A stretch of 64,000 nucleotides of DNA, from the NCBI GenBank assembly GCA_964653715.1, contig CAZZGX010000027.1, positions 1,836-65,835 on the forward strand, given 5' to 3'. The notes under the pieces are model-generated. The model searched no databases. It was not told the DNA's origin and worked only from the letters and a program-made list of their open reading frames with translations. Positions 29,646-39,467 of the stretch are shown here, piece after piece. This DNA is from an uncultured Candidatus Saccharibacteria bacterium (GTDB lineage Bacteria > Patescibacteriota > Minisyncoccia > Ryanbacterales > GWA2-47-10b). Numbering within the stretch: the stretch's first letter is position 1; each line of letters opens with the position of its first letter. A program made the translations under genes and the position numbers.

Positions 29646-29672
29646 TTAGCACTCCCATGTCAAGAGTGCTAA
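29646..29672. promoter_or_regulatory. CIRCE operator (TTAGCACTC-N9-GAGTGCTAA), perfect inverted repeat
   Basis: Exact match to the HrcA-binding consensus, 17 nt upstream of the hrcA start codon. Confidence 0.95.
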
Positions 29673-29738
29673 TTGCCTTACTGCGGAGTTTTACCGGCTT
29701 GCAATAAAATGCTATGCTAATAAATGGAGGAAAACTAT

Positions 29739-30140
29739 ATGCCACAAGCATATCCTAGAAGGTTTGTCTCCCAAAGAAATCGTAACTACGTGTTCTTTCC
29801 AAACTCACAAGAGGAATTGCGCGGTGTGCGTGTACTTGTTGGCGCTGGACCCATCGCATCGGTAGGAACCGTAGGCATCTATTGTATTGTGTCTTCTAAA
29901 CAAGTTAAGGCGCTTGACAAGGCAGCAATTCGATATGAAATTCAGCGCCCGATGAGTAAAAAAGAGCTACGGTACTGGAAAGAGCGAACGACAAAAGTGC
30001 CCATCTCTCCTACTAAGCTTTCTGCAAAAACGATGAAAGCCATTCAAAAAAGCAGAACCGAATTTAGTCGCGGCAAGTACATCACACTGGAAGAATTAGA
30101 AGAAATAGTAGAAGAGAAAAGAAGGAAACGTAGAGCCTAG
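29739..30140 (+). CDS. Hypothetical protein, divergent from hrcA (basic C-terminus)
   Basis: 133 aa from ATG 29739, with SD GGAGG 8 nt upstream. The C-terminal segment KAIQKSRTEFSRGKYITLEELEEI resembles short antitoxin/DNA-binding tails but cannot be classified. Confidence 0.4.
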   Translation: MPQAYPRRFVSQRNRNYVFFPNSQEELRGVRVLVGAGPIASVGTVGIYCIVSSKQVKALDKAAIRYEIQRPMSKKELRYWKERTTKVPISPTKLSAKTMKAIQKSRTEFSRGKYITLEELEEIVEEKRRKRRA

Positions 30141-30200
30141 CAATTCATCTCCAACATCCCGCCAAGATAAGAATCGTGGCGGTTTTTTATTGCTGTCAGA

Positions 30201-30602
30201 TTATCGTTTGGCCCATTGTGGAGCGCGGCGGGCTTTTTTGAGGCCGAATTTGCGGCGTTCTTTGACGCGCGGGTCGCGTTTCAAAAAACCGGCTTTTTTG
30301 AGTTTTTTGCGAAGTTCGGGATCAAAAATGATAAGAGCGCGGCTGATACCGTGACGCAACGCTTCCGATTGCGAATGAATACCCCCGCCATTGACTTTTG
30401 CACTTACCGAAAAGCGCGTCTCGGGACGGGTCTTTCGAAAAGCATCCTCGGCGATTTTTTGCATATCAAGCGTCGGGAAATACTCCTTATAGGATTTGGT
30501 ATTTACGACCATACCATCTCCACCGGGTGTAATACGAACTCGCGCAACGGATGTCTTCCTTCTCCCAACCGCTTCAAAATAATGTGAATCTTTTTTAGGC
30601 AT
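30201..30602 (-). CDS. rpsI: 30S ribosomal protein S9
   Basis: C-terminus ...KKARRAPQWAKR and S9 core. Confidence 0.95.
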   Translation of the reverse strand: MPKKDSHYFEAVGRRKTSVARVRITPGGDGMVVNTKSYKEYFPTLDMQKIAEDAFRKTRPETRFSVSAKVNGGGIHSQSEALRHGISRALIIFDPELRKKLKKAGFLKRDPRVKERRKFGLKKARRAPQWAKR

Positions 30603-30939
30603 GAATGGTGAGATTTTTTAATATATTTTTCTTGAGACGATTTCGAGGGATCATGCCTGAGACAGCTTGGCGGATAAATTCAGCGGGATCTTTTTTGAAA
30701 ACACGCTCATATGGAATTTTTTTGAGCCCGCTTGGATATCCTGAGTAGCGCTCGCGTGCTTCCATTTTCATCTTCTTACCGGTAACCCGCACAGCCGCGG
30801 CGTTTTTAATAATTACTTTCTGCTTGGGCGCTATATACCGCTCATACGCAGGGCTTTTTTTGCCGCGAAGATATAACGCCGCTTCTGAAGCAATGCGCCC
30901 CAATGATTTTCCTTTGGCATCTAATACGATAGGTTCCAT
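30595..30939 (-). CDS. rplM: 50S ribosomal protein L13 (N-terminally short form)
   Basis: GKSLGRIASEAALYLRGKKSPAY matches the L13 core. Start set at ATG 30939 (MEPIVLDAKGK), which abuts the rplQ stop. The longer ORF-track start would overlap rplQ by 95 nt. Confidence 0.8.
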   Translation of the reverse strand: MEPIVLDAKGKSLGRIASEAALYLRGKKSPAYERYIAPKQKVIIKNAAAVRVTGKKMKMEARERYSGYPSGLKKIPYERVFKKDPAEFIRQAVSGMIPRNRLKKNILKNLTIHA

Positions 30940-30940
30940 A

Positions 30941-31291
30941 TTATTCCACAAGGCTAATGTGCACCATCCGTGAAGCGTCGCTACTGCGCTGTCCAATCTT
31001 GGTAATACGCAAATACCCGCTGGTACGTTCTCCAAGCGCGGGAACGATATTTTTTTTCATTCGTATTGCCGCGTCTTTGCCAAGCATGGTGACGACTTCG
31101 CGATGAGCGGCGAGTGTTCCGCGGCGTTCTTTGGTAATAAGGCGCTCAAGATGCGGGCGCACTTCTTTTGCCCGCGCTTCGGTTGTAACAATCGATTTAG
31201 AAAAAACAATCCCGCGCATAAGCGCGCGAAGTAATGCCTTGCGCCCGGCTTTTTCCCGTTTCAAAATTCTACCGCGGCGGCGATGCCTCAT
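30941..31291 (-). CDS. rplQ: 50S ribosomal protein L17
   Basis: MRHRRRGRILKREKAGRKALLRAL... is a canonical L17 N-terminus. Confidence 0.95.
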   Translation of the reverse strand: MRHRRRGRILKREKAGRKALLRALMRGIVFSKSIVTTEARAKEVRPHLERLITKERRGTLAAHREVVTMLGKDAAIRMKKNIVPALGERTSGYLRITKIGQRSSDASRMVHISLVE

Positions 31292-31293
31292 AG

Positions 31294-32250
31294 TTATTCT
31301 CTCTCAAGTGAGAAGTTGTAATTAGTAAGTTCCTTCGCAATTTCATCAACTGCCTTGTCTCCAATCCCGTCAATTAATCGAAGGTCTTTCTCTGTTTTTT
31401 TGGAAAGCTGACCGATGGTTCGAATATCATTTTTTAAGAGCGCGTTTAGAGTGTGGCGCGAAAATTTTACATCTTCGAGCGGAGTCTGGGAGAGTGCCGA
31501 ATCCGCTGGCTCAAGTACAGCTTCTTCTGTGTCTTCTACGCGAATTGGCTCTTCCCCTTTCTGACGAAACATCTTGAGCTCTGAGAGCTGCCCCATCAAG
31601 ATTTCGAGTCCCTTCAAAAATGCTTCCCGCGGCGCAATGGTCCCGTCTGTATCAATATAAAAAATCAAACGATTGTAATCAGTTTCCGTGCCAACGCGCA
31701 TATTTTCAACGTGATAACTGATTTTACGCACTGGAGTAAAAATAGCGTCGAGTACGATTATACCCGCTTCTATACGCTCGGTCTCAAGTGTTTCTTTGGC
31801 GCGGTATCCCACTCCGCGCTCGACGGTAAGCTCAATTAAAAGTTTTGCGTCTTTTTTTGTAAGAGTCGCTATATGTTGATCTTTGTTGACAATTTCAACA
31901 TCGGACGGCGTTTTAATGTTTTTCGCGGTAACTTCAGTTTCACCCTTTGCTTCAAAAGAAATAGTCGTAGGCCCTTCTGTATGAACGCGAAATCGAAGCT
32001 GTTTAATGTTCAATAAAATTGCGAGAACGTCCTCGAGAACGCCCGGGAGCGTCGAGAACTCGTGTGAGGCGCCTTCGATTTTTACCCGAGTCACGGCCGC
32101 CCCGGGTAAAGACGAAAAAAGCACTCGCCGGAGGGCATTGCCAATAGTTACCCCATATCCAGGATGAAGACCCTCGATGACGATGCGGGCTGATGCCTCG
32201 TCCTCTTCTTCAATGTAAGGATACGCGGGAAGAAGAATTGAATAATTCAT
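31294..32250 (-). CDS. rpoA: DNA-directed RNA polymerase subunit alpha
   Basis: N-terminal domain (LRRVLFSSLPGAAVTRVKIEG) and C-terminal domain (LSRHTLNALLKNDIRTIGQL), directly after rpsD. Confidence 0.95.
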   Translation of the reverse strand: MNYSILLPAYPYIEEEDEASARIVIEGLHPGYGVTIGNALRRVLFSSLPGAAVTRVKIEGASHEFSTLPGVLEDVLAILLNIKQLRFRVHTEGPTTISFEAKGETEVTAKNIKTPSDVEIVNKDQHIATLTKKDAKLLIELTVERGVGYRAKETLETERIEAGIIVLDAIFTPVRKISYHVENMRVGTETDYNRLIFYIDTDGTIAPREAFLKGLEILMGQLSELKMFRQKGEEPIRVEDTEEAVLEPADSALSQTPLEDVKFSRHTLNALLKNDIRTIGQLSKKTEKDLRLIDGIGDKAVDEIAKELTNYNFSLERE

Positions 32251-32271
32251 AAAAAAATAAAAATGAGACGA

Positions 32272-32898
32272 TTATCGTGAGTAATACTCAATAATCGATT
32301 TTATATTATATATACGTACCACATCTTCGACTTTTGGTAAAGATGCTACAGTGCCCTCCTTGCTCTCGGGTACGAGCGAAAGCCAGTCAGGCGGCATATG
32401 TTTTTTAAGCGTAATGTCAAGATTTTGAAAAACACCCTTTGATTCAGATCCGGGAGTAATTGAAATTTTCTGACCGGGACGAACGCGGTAGGAGGGCACA
32501 AAAACCTTCCGTCCATCAACAGCAATGTGTCCATGGCCCACGAGCTGCCGAGCAATAGAGCGTGAAACGGCAAACCCAAGCCGGAAGACCACATTGTCAA
32601 GCCGTTGTTCAAGCGACTGAACGAGTTTTTGGACAACATCGCCCGAATGCCCGCCCTGCGCGCGCTCAACATAATTTCGAAACTGTCGCTCGGAAACTCC
32701 ATACAAAAAACGCACTTTTTGCTTTTCATGAAGTTGCGCCGCAAATTCTGATCCGCCTCTACGGCGTTTTTTGTTTCCATGGACACCTGGAGGGTAGGGC
32801 TTTCGCAAAACAGCGCATTTGGGAGAATAGCAACGCTCCCCTTTCAAAAAAAGTTTTTCTCCCTGCCTACGGCAAATTTTACATTTAGAACTTTGCAT
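32272..32898 (-). CDS. rpsD: 30S ribosomal protein S4
   Basis: N-terminal Zn-ribbon-like CKICRRQGEKLFLKGERCYSPKC and an S4 RNA-binding domain. Confidence 0.95.
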   Translation of the reverse strand: MQSSKCKICRRQGEKLFLKGERCYSPKCAVLRKPYPPGVHGNKKRRRGGSEFAAQLHEKQKVRFLYGVSERQFRNYVERAQGGHSGDVVQKLVQSLEQRLDNVVFRLGFAVSRSIARQLVGHGHIAVDGRKVFVPSYRVRPGQKISITPGSESKGVFQNLDITLKKHMPPDWLSLVPESKEGTVASLPKVEDVVRIYNIKSIIEYYSR

Positions 32899-32907
32899 AA
32901 AAATATA

Positions 32908-33339
32908 TTATACGCGTCTGGGTTTTGGCGGACGGATATGTCCATGCGCGATTGGAGTCATATCTTTAATTGAATGGATGACAAAGCCTTTATGTCCAAA
33001 AACACGAATTGCCGACTCACGCCCGGAACCGACGCCTTTGACGCGAATATTCACATCGGTAAGGCCCATGTTGCGTGCTTCATCGGCAAGAATTTCCGCG
33101 GCTCGGGATGCCGCATACGGAGTCCCTTTTTTGGATCCAGAAAAACCGCTCTTACCCGAAGAAGTTGAAAAGATGACATCGCCACGCTCATTGGTCAGCG
33201 TTATCATCGTATTGTTATACGTTGAAAGAACATGAATAATACCGTTCGTAAGTTTTTTCTTTGAAGTTTTAGCCGCCGGAGTATCCTTTGACTCTCCAGC
33301 GCTCTCTGCTGTTTTTTTGATTACGCGTTTTTTACCCAT
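32908..33339 (-). CDS. rpsK: 30S ribosomal protein S11
   Basis: S11 core ...GFSGSKKGTPYAASRAAE... Confidence 0.95.
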   Translation of the reverse strand: MGKKRVIKKTAESAGESKDTPAAKTSKKKLTNGIIHVLSTYNNTMITLTNERGDVIFSTSSGKSGFSGSKKGTPYAASRAAEILADEARNMGLTDVNIRVKGVGSGRESAIRVFGHKGFVIHSIKDMTPIAHGHIRPPKPRRV

Positions 33340-33342
33340 AGG

Positions 33343-33729
33343 TTATTTTTTCTCAACTTTGCGCTTACCCGAACCCATTGTTTTACGGACATTGCCGCGG
33401 CGTGTGCGTGAATTGGTCTTTGTGCGCTGACCTCGAGCCGGGAGACCGCGCGCGTGACGCATACCGCGATAGGTACCCGCGTCCCTTAGCCGCTTAATAT
33501 TGACCATGATCTCCCTCCGCAAAGCGCCTTCCACTGGATATTCTTTTTCAATAACGGCGCGAAGGCGCGCCACTTCTTCGGGCGTGAGCTCTTTGGCGCG
33601 CTTTGAATCAGACACTTTTGTGCGCTCCAAGATTAGCCTGGCGCGCGGCCTTCCAATCCCATATATATATGAAAGGGCAATCTCAATTTTTTTGTTGTCT
33701 GGAATATTTACTCCCGCGATACGCGCCAT
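33343..33729 (-). CDS. rpsM: 30S ribosomal protein S13
   Basis: [26 protein letters not shown] is a canonical S13 start. Confidence 0.95.
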   Translation of the reverse strand: MARIAGVNIPDNKKIEIALSYIYGIGRPRARLILERTKVSDSKRAKELTPEEVARLRAVIEKEYPVEGALRREIMVNIKRLRDAGTYRGMRHARGLPARGQRTKTNSRTRRGNVRKTMGSGKRKVEKK

Positions 33730-33732
33730 ATC

Positions 33733-33846
33733 TTATCCTTGCCGCTGCTTATGTTTTGGATTTTTGCAAATAATATGCAAGCGTCGAGAACGCTTGACGA
33801 CTTTACAGTTGCTACAAATTTTTTTTACGGAAGCTCTTACCTTCAT
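33733..33846 (-). CDS. rpmJ: 50S ribosomal protein L36 (not in ORF track, found by hand translation)
   Basis: Minus-strand translation [37 protein letters not shown], 37 aa, with the C-x2-C-x12-C-x4-H zinc ribbon typical of L36. Located between rpsM and infA as in canonical operons. Confidence 0.9.
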   Translation of the reverse strand: MKVRASVKKICSNCKVVKRSRRLHIICKNPKHKQRQG

Positions 33847-33857
33847 TCGGGATCTGA

Positions 33858-34073
33858 TTATAATCGCTGGACAATGCGCCCACGCTCTGAGTCATATTGG
33901 GAAAACTGAACTCGCACGCGGTCACCGACCAGCACTTTAATGTAATGAAGACGCATTTTCCCCGCAAGATACGCAAGCACTTCGCGCTCACCTTCATCGA
34001 GCTTTACCCGGAAGAGTCCCCCCTTGAAGGCTTCCTGCACAATCCCGTCTTTCAGGGTCTTCGCATCTGGCAT
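33858..34073 (-). CDS. infA: Translation initiation factor IF-1
   Basis: S1-like OB fold; [32 protein letters not shown] is near-identical to bacterial IF-1. Confidence 0.95.
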   Translation of the reverse strand: MPDAKTLKDGIVQEAFKGGLFRVKLDEGEREVLAYLAGKMRLHYIKVLVGDRVRVQFSQYDSERGRIVQRL

Positions 34074-34124
34074 AGAAACATGGGCTTTATGATATCGAAA
34101 ATATTTGTCTCTGTCAACAGAGGG

Positions 34125-35438
34125 CTAATCAACATTGAGAACAACTCGCCCCTGATCCCGAGGGATATGTTTCAAAAAGCGCGGCGTAAAGACCGCTTCA
34201 ACCTTAAAAACAGCAGGATACTGGGCAAAAATTGAGTTGAGCTCCTCCTCATTTTTTGCTTTAAGAACCTTACTTTTAAGCTCTTCTTTGTTGAGATTCC
34301 ATTCAAAAATAGCGCGACCGGATACAGCCATAGTCACGGTTTTTGCCTGCCAATCAAAATTTATGTCCCGAAACGTAATGGCTGAACTCTTGTATAACGT
34401 AACCGCTCCTTGCCGATAATCGTCCTTAAAAAGAGTCCGAGCAAGAGTATCTGAATAGACACCGCGATCAATGCCCAACGTCTTTGCTTCTCCGCGAACC
34501 TCGCCGAAAAATTTTTCACCGGGGGAACCTACGGGTGGGTCGGTGAGACGAAGTGTCGTTACATATTGAAACTGCGAAGGAAAGGTCACGTACGCATCCG
34601 AAATCGAAGATTCAAAGTTTTTTTTGAGCTCCGACTGCATAACGGGCTCGAGATCCGCAAGCAGTTTGTCTGCCTCAGTTTTCCCGACAACTTTGCCCTC
34701 TCCCGTGGCCCCACCCTTCATCGGATCCTTCCCGCGCGCAAAAAACTTTTCATATTTTGGTGTTCCTGAAAACCCAGGAATTTTGAAATCAGTCGCATCA
34801 ATATTATATTTTTCGCCCGGCTGATCCGCCGTTACGATAACTTCAATCGATCCCGGTTGGTCAAGCCGCTTTCCCGGCACAATAATCGGAGCCGAAGTCC
34901 GATAGATAAAACCTTGCGGAGACAAAAAGCGAGTCCCTGCGAGCAACGTTTGAAATTCGGCATTATAATTATTGTATACAATAATGGTGCCTGACGCTTT
35001 TTGGCTAAATTTTTTTGTGTCGCGACTCTCGCCTTCCCCGCGCTTTACAAATATTGTTGAAAATTCTTTTGCGGGAAGAGTAATTTTGATACCCGGACCA
35101 AGATCAAAGTTTGTACGCTTGCGTGTTATAGCGAGGGTTAAACTCGATGTCCAATAAACATACGCGCCGATACACGCTCCGACTATAATTATGACTGCAA
35201 TAAAAACGCGCGGCCCTTTTGGTCTTTTCTCCTTAATCCTCAACGGCTCGTTCTGGTCACTTTTTAAAAAAGAGATATCTTCCGTGTCAATAATATTGAG
35301 CGTGCGAGCTTTTGGCAGCGTTTTTTTCTCAACCTGCTCAAATGGACGAGAAATTTTCCCCAATCCAGGACGAATGTCGGAGATAATCTTTCGTTCCGGT
35401 AATACATTATTTTTTTGGGTTATTTTTTTTAAAGCCAT
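34125..35438 (-). CDS. Hypothetical membrane-anchored extracytoplasmic protein
   Basis: Basic cytoplasmic N-terminus, single TM (VFIAVIIIVGACIGAYVYW), and a roughly 330-aa extracytoplasmic domain with no recognisable motif. Confidence 0.45.
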   Translation of the reverse strand: MALKKITQKNNVLPERKIISDIRPGLGKISRPFEQVEKKTLPKARTLNIIDTEDISFLKSDQNEPLRIKEKRPKGPRVFIAVIIIVGACIGAYVYWTSSLTLAITRKRTNFDLGPGIKITLPAKEFSTIFVKRGEGESRDTKKFSQKASGTIIVYNNYNAEFQTLLAGTRFLSPQGFIYRTSAPIIVPGKRLDQPGSIEVIVTADQPGEKYNIDATDFKIPGFSGTPKYEKFFARGKDPMKGGATGEGKVVGKTEADKLLADLEPVMQSELKKNFESSISDAYVTFPSQFQYVTTLRLTDPPVGSPGEKFFGEVRGEAKTLGIDRGVYSDTLARTLFKDDYRQGAVTLYKSSAITFRDINFDWQAKTVTMAVSGRAIFEWNLNKEELKSKVLKAKNEEELNSIFAQYPAVFKVEAVFTPRFLKHIPRDQGRVVLNVD

Positions 35439-35439
35439 G

Positions 35440-36585
35440 CTAGTGCTCTATACTTAACAAGAGCGAAACCAGTCCAAAGTCTCCCGGTCCTTCAAGGCAG
35501 CAAAACTCTTCAAACCGCTCGCGAAAGGCCTCCGGCGTCACAACAGAAACATGCAACTCTTTTGCAATATCCGGATGAAGAAGGGGCGGGGTCAGGATTG
35601 TTTTTACTTCATCAAGAAACGCGCCACCGCCCAAAAAAAACATCCGGGTGCTTGCTATTGATTCTCGTCGAGCGTACTGCCATACGCGCTCAAAAAGTTG
35701 TTCCCATTGTTTAATCTCTTTCCGGATCAACACGCTTAATTTATTTTTGATCTCATCTTCAAGCATGCCTCCCGTATAGTTTTTCAAAAGAGAGAACGCG
35801 TTTTCCAAATCTATACGTTCATGTTCCGAAATACGGAGCACTATGTTCAAAACTCCGAACGGAAGCGCCAAGACTTCCGTAATAATACCATCCATAATAA
35901 ATGTTACCTCGGTAAGTTCCCCTCCGATATCCACCACAATTGCTGAATTTCCACCCGATACCATCTGTCGCATAAGACTCCACGTGGAAACCGGAAATGT
36001 TGAAAAGTGAATCTTTGCTGTGCGGGTAAAACCCTCTATGGTTTGCGTAATCCTGTCATGAAGGTCGCGTGAAGTCGCAGAGAAACGAATCCAAAGATCG
36101 ATCTCATCGGCAAGACGGCCAATCGGTTTTTCTACGGGATATCCGTTGAGAAACGTTTTCATAATAACGCTTTCGAAAACAACAATATCCTCTCGCTTAA
36201 GGTCTTCTAGAAATTTCTTCTTTCCCTCTTCCAGAATGCCCTCGAGTTCTACCACTTTAAGCGCCGCGTTATTGCGCCCACCGCGGTGAAACCGTTCAGT
36301 CTTACCAAGGTAAAAAATCGACGCGAGCCCAATAACATAAAACGTGGGCATCGATCCTTCCGTAAATGCACTTACCTCTTTCATGACATGGGAAAATTGA
36401 GTGATTGTCGAGCGGCTGAAATGCAGGGCGTCTTTTTGAAGAGATACTTTATGAAACTGGCGAAATGTTTTTACAATCCGAGGCTTATGATTTTTATCAG
36501 GCAACTCAAAAAGAGTAGCACTGACTGACGCCGTGCCAATATCGAAAACGATGCCTTTTTGTTTGCGAGTAGGCGTGAATAACAT
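35440..36585 (-). CDS. ASKHA-superfamily (actin-like) ATPase, Ppx/GppA- or FtsA/PilM-like
   Basis: Phosphate-1 motif GIVFDIGTASVSA and phosphate-2/adenosine motif AIVVDIGGELTEV in the order typical of actin-fold ATPases. Subfamily not resolvable by eye. Confidence 0.5.
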   Translation of the reverse strand: MLFTPTRKQKGIVFDIGTASVSATLFELPDKNHKPRIVKTFRQFHKVSLQKDALHFSRSTITQFSHVMKEVSAFTEGSMPTFYVIGLASIFYLGKTERFHRGGRNNAALKVVELEGILEEGKKKFLEDLKREDIVVFESVIMKTFLNGYPVEKPIGRLADEIDLWIRFSATSRDLHDRITQTIEGFTRTAKIHFSTFPVSTWSLMRQMVSGGNSAIVVDIGGELTEVTFIMDGIITEVLALPFGVLNIVLRISEHERIDLENAFSLLKNYTGGMLEDEIKNKLSVLIRKEIKQWEQLFERVWQYARRESIASTRMFFLGGGAFLDEVKTILTPPLLHPDIAKELHVSVVTPEAFRERFEEFCCLEGPGDFGLVSLLLSIEH

Positions 36586-38381
36586 TATGGGACTATTCTA
36601 GCACGAATCCTCCGAATACCATGGCTCGTGGCTTCTTCTTTAAGTATAGTAAATGTTCCGATCATTTGGGTATGCGTAACATGAGGACCTCCGCAAAATT
36701 CCCGCGAGACGACCTCCCCATTTTTATCTACAAATGAATATACGGAAACGCGTGGCGGGTATTTCTCCTTGAAAAAATGGAGCGCCTCAAGCTTGATCGC
36801 CGTCTCGTAATCCATCTCTTCATTTATAACCGCGAGATCACGCGAGATTGCGTCATTGACGAAATCCTCAATTTTTTTAATTTCCTCCCCGTTAAGTTTG
36901 CGAGAGAAACTAAAATCAAAACGTGTTCGAAGTACAGTAATATCTGATCCCATCTGATGAACCTCATCCCCAAGCACCGCGCGAAGAGCCGCCTGCAAAA
37001 GATGCGTAGCGCTATGCAAGCGCGTTACTTTCTCAAGCTCCGCCGTGTCCCGCGCTTTAAGCTCCCCCGTATCAAGGAGAAGCCCGTGTCCGCCGAATTT
37101 TTTCTCCTGCCCAACCCGCGAAATTTCTTGATGCTTTTTAAATTCTTCAAGAAATTGAGGCTCTTTCAGGGTCGCAGATGCTTTTCCTCCAAACTCTTTG
37201 ATAATTTCAAACGGCAGGCCAAAGCTTTGATACAGTCCAAATGCGACCTTCGCGTCAATAACTCCTTTTCGCATTGATTCTTGAAGCGCCTTTATTCCAT
37301 TCTTAAGAGTCTCTCCAAAACGCTCGCGCTCTTTTGCAAATTCTTCACGGATCGCTGTATTTTCTTCCAAAAGTTTTTTATAGAACTCACCGTATTCATG
37401 AACAATATCATGAATCATCGCATCAAAAACGTGATGGGGAATTTTATGGAGATGTTCATACGCTAAAATCCGTCTCAAAAGGCGCCTTAGAATATACCCC
37501 GCGTCTTTGTTTGACGGCCGAACCCCGTCGCCAAGAAGAAATACGGATCCCCTCAAATGATCGGCGATAATACGCTTGGCGCGCTCGTCGAGTTCTTTCG
37601 GCAAAAGTTCAATAACCTGATTAAAAAGATCTGTTTCAAAAATATTTTTTGTTTTTTGAGAAATCATGGCAAGGCGCTCAAGCCCCATACCTGTATCAAC
37701 ACCGGGAGTTTTAAGCGGCTCGAGTTTTTTACCCTCTATTCCTGAAAGCAACTCTTCGCGCGATCCCGGAAAGAAGAACTGGTTAAAAACGATATTCCAT
37801 ACTTCTATGTCCGCGCCATCGGCGTTGCGGCAATAAATCTCCGTCGTGGGACCGCACGGACCTTGTGCGCCGGTAGGCCCCCAAAAAACGTCCTCCATCC
37901 CTTCTTCGCGGATGTCAGAAACGCCAAGCGCCTGCCACAGCGCGCGAGATTCATCGTCTCGCGGAACGCCATCACTTCCTTTAAATATGCTTACGTATGA
38001 AATTTCTAGATTCATCTCATGCCGGATAAAATCATACGCGTACTCAATCGCCTCTTTTTTAAAATATCCTCCAAAGCTAAAATTGCCGAGCATTTCAAAA
38101 AATGTCAGATGTGAAGCATCTCCCACGATATCGATATCCGAAGTTCGAAAACTTTTCTGCGCTGATGCGGCCGAAAATGACCCAAGCGCGCGACCAAGCC
38201 CGGGATGAATTGATTTTTTCGGATCAGCTTCTCCCGTATAGTACGGCTTAAACTGCTGCATGCCTGCGGTCGTCAAAAGTACCGAGGGATCGTCGGGAAC
38301 AAGCGAACTTGAAGGTACAATGGCATGCCCGCTTTTTTCAAAAAATTTAAGAAATGTCTGCCGAATTTCGAGGGACGTCAT
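36585..38381 (-). CDS. alaS: Alanyl-tRNA synthetase, compact form lacking C-terminal C-Ala domain
   Basis: AlaRS N-terminus (LEIRQTFLKFFEKSGHAIVPSSSLVP...LLTTAGMQQFKPYY), editing-domain HxxxH (HSATHLLQAAL) and CGGPHV motif. Only 598 aa. Confidence 0.85.
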   Translation of the reverse strand: MTSLEIRQTFLKFFEKSGHAIVPSSSLVPDDPSVLLTTAGMQQFKPYYTGEADPKKSIHPGLGRALGSFSAASAQKSFRTSDIDIVGDASHLTFFEMLGNFSFGGYFKKEAIEYAYDFIRHEMNLEISYVSIFKGSDGVPRDDESRALWQALGVSDIREEGMEDVFWGPTGAQGPCGPTTEIYCRNADGADIEVWNIVFNQFFFPGSREELLSGIEGKKLEPLKTPGVDTGMGLERLAMISQKTKNIFETDLFNQVIELLPKELDERAKRIIADHLRGSVFLLGDGVRPSNKDAGYILRRLLRRILAYEHLHKIPHHVFDAMIHDIVHEYGEFYKKLLEENTAIREEFAKERERFGETLKNGIKALQESMRKGVIDAKVAFGLYQSFGLPFEIIKEFGGKASATLKEPQFLEEFKKHQEISRVGQEKKFGGHGLLLDTGELKARDTAELEKVTRLHSATHLLQAALRAVLGDEVHQMGSDITVLRTRFDFSFSRKLNGEEIKKIEDFVNDAISRDLAVINEEMDYETAIKLEALHFFKEKYPPRVSVYSFVDKNGEVVSREFCGGPHVTHTQMIGTFTILKEEATSHGIRRIRARIVP

Positions 38382-38412
38382 TATATTTTAGTATAGCAAA
38401 TGTGGAGCGCTC

Positions 38413-39438
38413 TCACGAGATAATTCCACCGCCTAAAAGCTGATCACCTTTGTAAAAAACAATTGATTGGCCGGGGGCGACGGCGCGCTGGGATTCGTCA
38501 AAAATAGCGCGCCCGTCTTCGACGCGACAGTGCGCCAACGGCGCACGATACCGGATGCGCGCCTCACATGCAAACGGAAAAGAAACGGAATCCAGCCAAT
38601 TTGAATTTTTATAGAGAATCTCTTTTTGATAGAGAATTGGGTCATTTTCGGTTTCTGCCACAATAACGGCTGCAGTTTTCAAATCTTTCTCGGCCACATA
38701 ATACGGCTTCTCTCCGCCCAAAACACCGACGCCGTGGCGCTGGCCAATCGTTAGAAACTCAACCCCCACATGCTCTCCAACCCTACGACCCGAGGCGGTT
38801 TTTATCTCGCCCAGCGTGGGCTCCATGTACTCTTTTAAAAACTCGGGCATACTGCCTTTGCCTAAAAAACAAATTCCCTGCGAATCTTTTTTCTCGGCTG
38901 TAGGGAGGCCGAATTCACGCGCAAGTGCGCGAACCTCTGGTTTAGTATAGCTGCCGATCGGAAAAAGTGACTTTTCTATAATCTCAGGCGGAAGCGCCCA
39001 TAAAAAATATGTTTGGTCTTTGTTTGAATCTCTGGCTTTCAAAAGCCGCCATCCCTCTTTTTTTGTGTAGTGTCCCGTTGCGATAAAATCGGCTCCTTGT
39101 GCTACCGCCCAATTGTAAAAAACGCCAAATTTAATTTTTTTGTTGCACATGACATCCGGATTTGGCGTACGCCCAACCTTGTACTCATCGATCAAATACG
39201 TGACAACGTGTTCATAATAGTCACGTGAGACATCAAGAACGCGAAATGGAATGCCTAAATGCGCAGCCACGCGCGCTGCGTCTTTACGATCAGTCTCCCA
39301 TTGGCAGTCAAAGTTTGGATTCGTCCACCCCTGCATAAAAACACCAAATACATCGAACCCTTCTTTTTGCAAAAGTGCCGCCGCAACGGAGGAATCCACT
39401 CCTCCGGACATCGCTACAAATACTTTTTTACGCTGCAT
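38413..39438 (-). CDS. mnmA: tRNA-specific 2-thiouridylase MnmA
   Basis: PP-loop VFVAMSGGVDSSVAA, catalytic Cys residues, and length typical of MnmA. Confidence 0.9.
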   Translation of the reverse strand: MQRKKVFVAMSGGVDSSVAAALLQKEGFDVFGVFMQGWTNPNFDCQWETDRKDAARVAAHLGIPFRVLDVSRDYYEHVVTYLIDEYKVGRTPNPDVMCNKKIKFGVFYNWAVAQGADFIATGHYTKKEGWRLLKARDSNKDQTYFLWALPPEIIEKSLFPIGSYTKPEVRALAREFGLPTAEKKDSQGICFLGKGSMPEFLKEYMEPTLGEIKTASGRRVGEHVGVEFLTIGQRHGVGVLGGEKPYYVAEKDLKTAAVIVAETENDPILYQKEILYKNSNWLDSVSFPFACEARIRYRAPLAHCRVEDGRAIFDESQRAVAPGQSIVFYKGDQLLGGGIIS

Positions 39439-39467
39439 GAAATCTTACCATACCATCTATATCCGTT

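Noticed and set aside
33812-33997. 61-aa minus-strand ORF overlapping rpmJ and infA in another frame
   Set aside because: The rpmJ and infA frames give canonical L36 and IF-1 sequences, so the overlapping frame is spurious.
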